Shown here one piece after another: positions 40,761 to 50,100 of a DNA stretch of 64,000 nt. The notes under the pieces were generated by a model. That model saw nothing but the letters and a program-made list of their open reading frames with translations, ran no database searches and was not told where the DNA came from. Position 1 is the stretch's first letter; each line of letters opens with the position of its first letter. Made by a program: the position numbers and the translations under genes. The stretch lies in the IMG/VR virus record IMGVR_UViG_3300025413_001239. One strand, written 5' to 3'. Origin of the DNA: a virus. Lineage: Duplodnaviria > Caudoviricetes.

Positions 40761-43646
40761 ATGGCAACTAAAAATATAAATGCGGAAAAAATACAAGGTA
40801 ATTTATCAATTACTTCTGTATCAGCTACAACATATCAAAATTTACCTTTAGACATAAGGGTTACTGGTGGTACTTATTCAGCTGGTACAGCCACCTTTAC
40901 CAATAATACTGGTGGAACATTCACCGTTACTGGTTTTAGTACAAGTAATGCAACGCAGTTTACTGGTGGTACTGTTACTGGTGCGACCCAATTTACTAAT
41001 GGACTTTCGGCTAATACTATATCAGCAACAACATATTATAATCTACCTTTAGACATAAGGGTTACTGGTGGTACTTATTCAGCTGGTACAGCAACTTTCA
41101 CAAATAATACTGGTGGTACATTTACCGTTACTGGGCTTACAACACCATTTAATGGTGGGGTAGTATCTGGTGCGACTCAATTTACTGGTGGCCTAACAGC
41201 TAATACAATAACAAAATCTGGTGGTACAGCAACACAAATTCTTGTGGCTAATGGTGGTGTTATAAGTGGTGGTACTGGTATAAATATATCCGCTGGTACA
41301 ATATCTGTTACGGGTGTAACTTCTGTTATTGTTCAAGACACTGGTACTGGTAGTACTGTAAGATGTGGTAATAATAACTTAGCTAGTGGTCTTTGTTCTG
41401 GTGCTCTTGCTGGTACTTATAACTGTGCAACAAATGCTAATTCTTTTGTTGGTGGTGGTACACATAATGTTGCTAGTGGTACGGCAAGTGCTGTAAATGG
41501 TGGTATCTCTAATACATCATCTAATCAGTATTCAACAATAGGTGGTGGTAATACTAATTCGTCATCAGGTTACGCATCAACAGTAGGTGGTGGTCATACC
41601 AATTCATCATCAGGTTATGCATCAACAGTAAGTGGTGGTTATGGTAATGCATCTGTTGCTTATTATTCAACAGTAGGTGGTGGGTTAAGTAATACCGCTT
41701 CTGGTTATTGTTCATTTATTGGTGGTGGTACTTATAATAGTAGTAAGTGTTTTAATTCAGCACTAATTGGTGGACAAAATAATTCATCATCGGGTTATTT
41801 TTCAACAGTTGGTGGTGGTAGATTTGTTAAGGCAATAAATGCTTATTCAACAGTTGTTGGTGGGTTAAGTAATTCGGCTTACTGTAATTATTCATTTATA
41901 GGTGGTGGTAGACACAATAAAATAAGAAAAGATATAAATGGTACTGTATCTTCACCTCTTTGCGGTAGCGGTGCTAGTGTTATTGCTGGTGGTCAAGGTA
42001 ACGCTTTAGTCGGTTATAATAATTTTATTGGGGGTGGTGTGATGAATACTATAGGTTGTGGATTACAAACTTATAATATTATTAGTAATTGTAATAATTC
42101 AATTTGTGTTCAAGGAAATCAACCACAATTAAATGAACATTATGTTGAATATTATAATAACAGTGATTGTTTAGTATATGGTGGACGTATAATATATTCA
42201 TCGTATTATGGAGGTTATTCAATTTTTTCAACAACTTTTTATGCGGGAAACAATGCTGGTGGTAATAAATTATATGATTTAACTTCATTAACTAATACCA
42301 ATAAATGTTATCATCATTCAATAATTGTTGGTGGTAAAATGAATACAATTTCTGGTAAATATAGTCCGAGTTCATTCATTGGTGGTGGATATAGAAATAC
42401 CGCTTCTGGTTATTGTTCAATAGTTGTTGGTGGTGGTTATAATTGTTCAAATGGTTCGGGTTCATTTATTGGTGGTGGTGGTGGTAATAGTATAAGTGGT
42501 ACGTATAATTGTCAATCGTCAATAGTTGGTGGCCGTAATAATAGTGTTTCTAGTAGTTCTAGTGGGTTTTCATTCATTGGTGGTGGGACTTGTAATTCAA
42601 TAAGTGGTTATGATTCTGCTAATTCATTCATTGGTGGTGGTGCTTTTAATAGTATTTCTGGTTGGTACGCCTATTGGTCTACAATTAGTGGTGGTTATGG
42701 TAATCAGATTACTGGATATAATTCATGTTATTCAACGATAAGTGGTGGTAGGAATAATAGTATTTCTGGATATAATTCAGGTTGGTCAACGATAAGTGGT
42801 GGTAGATTTAATACAATTTCTGGTTGTTATACTCTTTATTCAACAATAGGTGGTGGTCATGGTAATCAGATTACTGGTACAAATTCACAGTATTCAACAA
42901 TAAGTGGTGGATATAATAATTATATTAATGGAACAAATTCACAGTATTCAACAATAGGTGGTGGTGTTGGTAATCAAATTTCTGGACAATATTCATATTA
43001 TTCAACAATAGGTGGTGGTCATGGTAATCAGATTACTGGTACAAATTCATGTTATTCAACAATATCTGGTGGTAGGGTAAATTACATTTCTGGAACTAAT
43101 TCATGTTATTCAACAATAGGTGGTGGTTACGATAATCAGATTTCTGGAGATAATTCATACCTCTCAACAATAGGTGGTGGTATAATTAATACAATTTCTG
43201 GTTGTTATACTCTTTATTCAACGATAAGTGGTGGTTATAATAATCAGATTACTGGAACTAATTCACGATATTCAACAATAAGTGGTGGGATACATAATTA
43301 TATTAATGGTATAAATTCATTGGGTTCAACGATAAATGGAGGTGTAGGTAATTGTATATGTGGTACATACTCACAATATTCTACAATAGCTGGTGGTTAT
43401 AGTAATTGTATTTCTGGGCAATATTCATTTGCTGCTGGATATGGTAATACAGTATCAGGTAGTTACTCAGCAGCTATAGGATTTGGGTTAAATGCAACTA
43501 GTTGGTGCACTTTATATATAAATAATTTAGTATCACCAACAATACAAACTAAAAATTATACAAATGACACAACAGCCGCTACTGGTGGAATACCAGTAGG
43601 TGGGGTATATCATACCGCAGGTGTATTAAAAATAAGATTAACATAA
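40761..43646 (+). CDS. Fibre/adhesin with STIGGG.N repeats (YadA-head-like solenoid)
   Basis: Dozens of 15- and 18-aa S-T-I-G-G-G-x-x-N units; shares the 67-aa module at its N-terminus. Confidence 0.7.
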   Translation: MATKNINAEKIQGNLSITSVSATTYQNLPLDIRVTGGTYSAGTATFTNNTGGTFTVTGFSTSNATQFTGGTVTGATQFTNGLSANTISATTYYNLPLDIRVTGGTYSAGTATFTNNTGGTFTVTGLTTPFNGGVVSGATQFTGGLTANTITKSGGTATQILVANGGVISGGTGINISAGTISVTGVTSVIVQDTGTGSTVRCGNNNLASGLCSGALAGTYNCATNANSFVGGGTHNVASGTASAVNGGISNTSSNQYSTIGGGNTNSSSGYASTVGGGHTNSSSGYASTVSGGYGNASVAYYSTVGGGLSNTASGYCSFIGGGTYNSSKCFNSALIGGQNNSSSGYFSTVGGGRFVKAINAYSTVVGGLSNSAYCNYSFIGGGRHNKIRKDINGTVSSPLCGSGASVIAGGQGNALVGYNNFIGGGVMNTIGCGLQTYNIISNCNNSICVQGNQPQLNEHYVEYYNNSDCLVYGGRIIYSSYYGGYSIFSTTFYAGNNAGGNKLYDLTSLTNTNKCYHHSIIVGGKMNTISGKYSPSSFIGGGYRNTASGYCSIVVGGGYNCSNGSGSFIGGGGGNSISGTYNCQSSIVGGRNNSVSSSSSGFSFIGGGTCNSISGYDSANSFIGGGAFNSISGWYAYWSTISGGYGNQITGYNSCYSTISGGRNNSISGYNSGWSTISGGRFNTISGCYTLYSTIGGGHGNQITGTNSQYSTISGGYNNYINGTNSQYSTIGGGVGNQISGQYSYYSTIGGGHGNQITGTNSCYSTISGGRVNYISGTNSCYSTIGGGYDNQISGDNSYLSTIGGGIINTISGCYTLYSTISGGYNNQITGTNSRYSTISGGIHNYINGINSLGSTINGGVGNCICGTYSQYSTIAGGYSNCISGQYSFAAGYGNTVSGSYSAAIGFGLNATSWCTLYINNLVSPTIQTKNYTNDTTAATGGIPVGGVYHTAGVLKIRLT

Positions 43647-43700
43647 TAAATGTGTTTAATAACATATTTATAATAATAAAAATAAAAAAAAATAAAAAAA

Positions 43701-44039
43701 ATGATTTACGCTAAAATTAATCCAGTTGCTACAAAGGTAGAACAAATTACACCATTTTCAAGTACGACAATAACAGCAGATACAATAACTGCAATTGCTC
43801 GTCCATATATTTTAGGTTCAGATAAAACTAGATTTGAAGTTAAATATGGTAACGTAACTTTAGATGAAAATAACATTGTAATTAAATTTAATAATATATT
43901 ATCAAGTGAATCAATATTAACTTCTGAACAATTATCTACTTGGGGTTCTGATGATTCAGTAGTACTTAATATTATTGCAACAAGTTTAGGAACATCAGTT
44001 ACAGAAATTTTAAGTGGTGCCACTAGAAATATGTTCTAA
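43701..44039 (+). CDS. Hypothetical protein
   Basis: 112-aa ORF; LSTWGSDDSVV resembles WGHDDTII in 19096-19371. Confidence 0.6.
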   Translation: MIYAKINPVATKVEQITPFSSTTITADTITAIARPYILGSDKTRFEVKYGNVTLDENNIVIKFNNILSSESILTSEQLSTWGSDDSVVLNIIATSLGTSVTEILSGATRNMF

Positions 44040-44043
44040 AGTA

Positions 44044-44072
44044 TTGACAAATAGGATTTATATTCATAAATT
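44044..44072 (+). promoter_or_regulatory. Sigma70-like promoter for the glycan/sulfation cassette
   Basis: TTGACA-N17-TAAATT immediately before ATG 44079. Confidence 0.5.
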
Positions 44073-44078
44073 TACCCT

Positions 44079-44954
44079 ATGAATATAATTTTTCAAATTA
44101 ATGGTGGTATGGGTAAGTGTATCATGGCCACCGCAGTATGTGAAGCTATAAAAAAACAATACCCAGATGATACTTTAATTGTAGTATCTGGCTACCCAGA
44201 CGTGTTTTTAAATAACCCAAATATTGATAGAACATACGCATTTAATGGGTTTTCTTATTTCTATGAAGATTACATAGAAAATAAAAAATTTAAAGTTTTA
44301 GCTCACGACCCGTACTTAGAAACAACTCATTTGTTACAAAATGAACACCTTATTATTACATGGTGTAATATGTTTGGTATTACTTATAATGGTGAACAAC
44401 CTAAAATTTATCTTAGTGATAGAGAGAAGAAGTTTTACGGGAATAAGTATGTTTTTGAAAAACCAATCTTATTACTACAAACAAATGGTGGTGCAAGTAC
44501 TGATATGAAATATTCTTGGGCTAGGGATATTCCAGTTGTAGTTGCAGCCTCAGTAATTGATGAATTTAAAGATGCTTATACAATTTTACACATAAGAAGA
44601 GATGACCAATTCATCTTAGAAAACACAATACCAGTTACAGATAATTTTAGGGCATTGGCAGTATTAATTAGTATTAGTAGAAAAAGATTATTCTTAGATA
44701 GCTTCGCACAACATACAGCAGCTGCTTTAAATATGAATTCAACCGTTTGTTGGATTGCTAATAAGCCAGAAGTATTCGGTTATGAATTACACGATAATAT
44801 CATAGCAAATCATTTTACCGTTAAACCAGAACTTAAGGGTTCATATTTACAAAAATTTAATATTAGTGGCGATTTATTAGAATTTCCTTTTAATAGTGAA
44901 AAGGAAATCTTTAATATCGAACAAATAATTAATTCAATTAAAAAGCAAAAGTAA
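44079..44954 (+). CDS. GT9-like (heptosyltransferase-fold) glycosyltransferase
   Basis: NGGMGKCIMATAVCEAIKKQYP and FLDSFAQHTAAAL. Confidence 0.7.
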   Translation: MNIIFQINGGMGKCIMATAVCEAIKKQYPDDTLIVVSGYPDVFLNNPNIDRTYAFNGFSYFYEDYIENKKFKVLAHDPYLETTHLLQNEHLIITWCNMFGITYNGEQPKIYLSDREKKFYGNKYVFEKPILLLQTNGGASTDMKYSWARDIPVVVAASVIDEFKDAYTILHIRRDDQFILENTIPVTDNFRALAVLISISRKRLFLDSFAQHTAAALNMNSTVCWIANKPEVFGYELHDNIIANHFTVKPELKGSYLQKFNISGDLLEFPFNSEKEIFNIEQIINSIKKQK

Positions 44955-45863
44955 TTGCAAAACCCTTTTAAAAATATAAAATCATATACCAAACCCAAAA
45001 GTAACAATATTGCGGTATGTTCTGTTTTTTTTAATGCTGGTAATTTTACTAAAACAATAATGAATAATCTATATGTGGATAATCTTCTTAAAAAAAGTGA
45101 AATACCTCATTATATGATTGAATTAATTTATCCAAATCAAAAACCAACATTTATTGAAAGTGAATTTGTATTTCACGTTAAATCTAATTCATACATGTTT
45201 CATAAAGAAAATTTATTTAACATTTTAGTAAATAATTTACCTAAGCACATAAACAAGATTGTTTGTTTGGATGGTGATGTTATTTTTGAGAATAAAGATT
45301 GGATAAATGATGTTGATAGCGAATTAGATAAATATGATGTTGTAGTACCGTATCATGATGGTTGTAATTTAGACCCTTATTTTGATAAGGTCTTATTTCA
45401 TGCTAAAACGCTTTTAGATATTAGATATGATACTGATGATGGTCCATTTTGTTCTGGTTATGCAATAGCATTCAGACGTAGTTTTTTTGAAACTATAGGT
45501 ATGTATGAATATGCTATTTTCGGTGGTGGGGATAAGATGAACTTAGTTAATTATATAAGACGACCAATAATGATTAATTCATTTAATTCAACAAAAAAAG
45601 ATGATTATATTCAAAAACTAAAGTCCTTAAATTTAACATATTCTTATTTAGGTGGTATAGTCTATCATTTATATCATGGTAACGCTTTAGATAGAAAGTA
45701 TTTAGATAGACATGTACTTTTACAAGGTTTACAATTAGACACTGAAATTACAAAAAATGCTGATGGTGTTTTAGAATTTGTAAACCCACAGAAATATAAT
45801 AAAATAATGTATGATTATTTCATTGGAAGAAATGAAGATTATATAGACCCAAATTTACTTTAA
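44955..45863 (+). CDS. GT-A fold glycosyltransferase (GT2/GT7-like)
   Basis: DxD motif CLDGDVIF, FGGGD and VYHLYHG. Confidence 0.65.
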   Translation: MQNPFKNIKSYTKPKSNNIAVCSVFFNAGNFTKTIMNNLYVDNLLKKSEIPHYMIELIYPNQKPTFIESEFVFHVKSNSYMFHKENLFNILVNNLPKHINKIVCLDGDVIFENKDWINDVDSELDKYDVVVPYHDGCNLDPYFDKVLFHAKTLLDIRYDTDDGPFCSGYAIAFRRSFFETIGMYEYAIFGGGDKMNLVNYIRRPIMINSFNSTKKDDYIQKLKSLNLTYSYLGGIVYHLYHGNALDRKYLDRHVLLQGLQLDTEITKNADGVLEFVNPQKYNKIMYDYFIGRNEDYIDPNLL

Positions 45864-45864
45864 T

Positions 45865-46683
45865 ATGATAGAACAAATATTTTATCAGAGTTCAATGCCT
45901 CGTGCGGGTTCAACTCTATTACAAAACATTTTAGCACAAAATCCAGATATATACGCGACACCAACATCTGGTGTTCTTGAATTAATTTTTGCTGCTAGAG
46001 GTAATTACACCTCATCACCTGAGTTTAAAGCACAAGACCCTGAATTGATGAAATCAGGATTCCTTAACTTTTGTAAAGAAGGTATGTATGGATTTTATAA
46101 TGGGATTACGGATAAAAAGTATGTTATCGATAAGAGTAGAGGGTGGGGAATTCATTATGATTTTTTAAACCTTATACATGGTAACCCAAAGATTATATGT
46201 ATGGTTAGGGACCCTAGGGATATATTTACATCAATGGAAAAAAACTTTAGAAAAGCTAGTGATAAAGCAAGTCCGTTGGTTGATTGGAGTAAAATGCAAG
46301 GAACAACGACACCTAAGCGTATTGATATGTGGGTTCAAAATCCACCAGTTGGTATGGCATTTGAACGTTTAGGTGAAATGATTAGAATGGGTATTGATAG
46401 TAAAATTCATTTTGTAAGATTTGAAGACTTGTGTCTTTATCCAGAACAAACTCTAGGTAAGATATATGCTTATTTAGATATTCCATATTTTAAACATGAT
46501 TTTGATAATATCGAACAAATAACAAAAGAAGATGATGAAGTTTATGGTGTGTATGGTGACCATACTATCAGAACAACACTTGAACCAGTTACATCTAAAG
46601 CTAAGGAAATTCTAGGTAAGGATGTTTGTGATTGGATAATGAATAATTATAAATGGTATAACGATAAATTTAGATACAAATGA
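45865..46683 (+). CDS. PAPS-dependent sulfotransferase
   Basis: 5'-PSB motif SMPRAGSTLL; 3'-PB motif CMVRDPRDIFTS. Confidence 0.9.
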   Translation: MIEQIFYQSSMPRAGSTLLQNILAQNPDIYATPTSGVLELIFAARGNYTSSPEFKAQDPELMKSGFLNFCKEGMYGFYNGITDKKYVIDKSRGWGIHYDFLNLIHGNPKIICMVRDPRDIFTSMEKNFRKASDKASPLVDWSKMQGTTTPKRIDMWVQNPPVGMAFERLGEMIRMGIDSKIHFVRFEDLCLYPEQTLGKIYAYLDIPYFKHDFDNIEQITKEDDEVYGVYGDHTIRTTLEPVTSKAKEILGKDVCDWIMNNYKWYNDKFRYK

Positions 46684-47108
46684 TAATTTGGTTAACTGGC
46701 CAGCCAAGTTCTGGTAAAACAACAATAGGAAAGGAGTTATTAAAAAGAAAAGAATTTAGTAACGCATTTTTAATTGATGGTGATAAATTAAGGGAATTAT
46801 TCAATAATCAAGACTATTCTGAAAAAGGTAGAAGAGAAAATATTGAATTAGCTCAGAATTTAGCTTACTACATTAATGATAATTTTAAAACGGTTATCGT
46901 TGCAATGGTATCCCCATACAGGGACCAAAGAGAACGTTTTAAGGAAAAAATGGGTGAAGATATTAAAGAATATTATATACATACAAGTGAAATTAGAGGT
47001 AGGGAAAACTTCCATGTAAGTGATTATGAACCACCATTATTTAATTTTATAGATATCGATACAACAGCAAAAACACCTGAAGAGTCATCAAAATTAATAT
47101 CAATTTAA
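46680..47108 (+). CDS. cysC: Adenylylsulfate (APS) kinase
   Basis: IWLTGQPSSGKTT, IDGDKLR, RRENI, VSPY and YEPP. Confidence 0.9.
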   Translation: MIIWLTGQPSSGKTTIGKELLKRKEFSNAFLIDGDKLRELFNNQDYSEKGRRENIELAQNLAYYINDNFKTVIVAMVSPYRDQRERFKEKMGEDIKEYYIHTSEIRGRENFHVSDYEPPLFNFIDIDTTAKTPEESSKLISI

Positions 47109-47157
47109 AGATATTTTAAACATTTCTAAGAATAACTTATTTTTCTGTTTTTTTTGA

Positions 47158-47165
47158 ATATTTAT
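47158..47165 (+). promoter_or_regulatory. ATATTTAT putative late-promoter motif before the sheath gene
   Basis: Same 8-mer precedes about 18 genes in the window. Confidence 0.55.
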
Positions 47166-47197
47166 TAATAACAATAATTAAATTAAAAAAAAACAAT

Positions 47198-50100
47198 ATG
47201 GCAAATCAAGTATTCGTTAGTCCAGGTGTTTACACTTCAGAATTAGACCTAACATATGTAACCCGTCAAGTAGGTGTTACAACATTAGGGTTGGTCGGTG
47301 AAACAACAAAAGGACCAGCTTTTCAACCAATTTTCATTAGTGATTATGGTGGCTTCCAAACATTTTTTGGGGGGTTAGATAATACATTAGTAAATGGACC
47401 AGATGGTAATGGTGCTCCATTGTATGAGTTACCATACATTGCAAAATCTTACTTATCTCAATCAAATCAGTTATTCGTAACAAGGATATTGGGTCTTTCT
47501 GGATACCATGCTGGTTTAGCTTGGGGTATCACGCTTAGTGCGGCATTAGACCCGACAACAACTGGTACATCATATGTTTCAACTTATACAGCAAATTATA
47601 CAGTTACTACTGGTGATACTCTTTATAGTATCCAAACAACTGATAGTAATTTAAATGCTTATTATCAACAAAACCCATCAGCATTTAGCTTTTTGGCTGG
47701 TGCAACTACTGGGCAAAGCTATACAATATACATACCACAAGTTAAAAATGGTCTTATATTTAGTGGTGGTTATATTACATTTAATATTATTTCTGCCAGT
47801 GTTACACCATTTATTACTGCTGGTACAGTAACAAATATTTACCCAAATTCTGGTTCATCAACTTTATTAACTTATAAACTTACAACAGGTGGTACTCTTA
47901 CTTCAATTGTATCTACTGATTCATTTGTTAATCAAGTTTATACCGCAACACCTAGTTATTTTAATTTATTTATTACAGCAGCAACTGGTACAGCACAAAA
48001 TATACTAATACCACAAACATCAGATGGTACAACATTCTATGGTGGTAATATTAATTCAAAAGTTCTTTCAACTGGTTATACAGATGCATCAATACCTGTT
48101 TCAGCAAGTTCACCAACTAATTTTACATATACTGCGTCATCAAATAGTAATGTTCTTTATGGTATAACATCTACTGATTCATTTGTTAATCAAATTTATG
48201 CTGCTAGTGCAAGTAGTTTTAATTTCTTAACTGGTGCTACAATTGGTACACAACAAATTTTAACTGAACCAACATTATTATATGGTGGTAATAACTATAG
48301 TGGTGGTTATATAACAATTAATGTTGCTACAACTGGTTACTCTAGTAGCATATTAACTGGTAATTCTATATCACAATTTTTTGGTACATATTCAGCAAGT
48401 ACTGGAAATACACTTTATTCAACAACAGCAACTGCTGGTGGTGGTGCTAACGCATATAATCAATATTATCAACAAAATCCATCAGCATTTACCTTTATAG
48501 CTAGTGGTGTTAGTCAAACAATACAAACCCCAAATGTTTATAACGGTATTCTTTATAGTTACAATACATTAGCTATTACACCATATGCAACTGGTTATAC
48601 AAATGGTGGTAATATAACAGCTGTTGGTAATGCAAATATATACCCAGATACTAGTGGTAATGCTCTATTCTCATATACAGCTTCAACCACAGCAAATACA
48701 CTTAGTAGTTTTGTATCAACGGATGCAATAACAAATCAAATTTATGCTGCTAGTGCAAGTAACTTTAACTTCTTAACTGGTGCTACATTAAATTCAACTG
48801 GTTCTTTAGCTACAGCTTATGCTCCAAACGGAATTAATTTTAATTATAGTGGTATTAATTATAATATTAATGTATTAAATTATACAACACCAGTAACAAG
48901 TGCTATAACTTCTGGATATACCGCTGTATATTCAGCTAGTACTAATGGTATACTTTATTCTACATATAGTCTTAATAATTCAATATATAACTTAGTTTAC
49001 GCTGCTAATCCAGTTCCTTTTTACTTCTTAGCAACAGCTAATACTGGTGCAACAAGTAATATTGCTATAACACGCACACAAATTGGTGCTTACTTTAGTG
49101 GTGGTAATGTAAGTGTAAATGTACTTTCAACTGGTTTTACAAGTCCATCTAGTGTAAATACAGCTGGAACAGTTGGTGTTGGAAGTAATTACATAACAAA
49201 TTTAAATGGTGTTGTATCTTCTTACGCATTGACTAATGTATATGGTAACCCAAATTATGTTACTTATTTTAGTGGTTCAGTATCACCTTCAGCGTTTACT
49301 TTCTTAAATACTGCTAGTACTGGTACTATAACTGGTCCAACATCAAATAACGGTGCTTACTTTACTGGTGGTAGTATTGCAGTAAGTGTACTTTCAACAG
49401 GTTATACAAACCCATCTAGTTTAACAGCATCTACTTCAGTATTTAATGGTACATTCTCTGCAACAACTGGTGGTACACTTAATACAACAAGTGCAACTGG
49501 TGGTGCTGGTTCAGGTTTATATAACTCAGCTTATGCGGCTACACCAAGTGCATTTAACTTCTTAGCAACTGGTGGTACTTATTCAGTTGTAAATGCGCCA
49601 TCATCGTCTAACGGTGCTAATTTTACTAGTGCAAATACTGTAACAATAGTTGCTTTTGCAACTGGTTATACAAACCCATCTAGTGCAACAACAGCAACTA
49701 CACAGTTTACTGGTGTATACTCAGCAAGTACTGGTAATACTCTTTATTCAACAAGTGCAGTTGGTGCTGGTTCAGGTTTATATAACTCAACTTATGCAAC
49801 TACACCAAGTGCGTTTAACTTCTTAACTGGTGGTACAGGTGGAATTGTAACAATAGGTCAATCATCAAATGGTATTAACTATAGTAGTGGTACACTTAAT
49901 TTAAGTGTTCTTTCAACTGGTTATACAAACCCATCAAGTGGTACAACTGTTAGTACATCAGCTTATACAGCAACGTTCTCGGCTAATTCAAGTAATTTAC
50001 TTTACACAACTAGTGGTTCAACACCATTGTATAATAGTACATATAGTGTAAATCCTAATATATTTAACGTAATATCTTCAACAGCTACAGGTACAACAGT

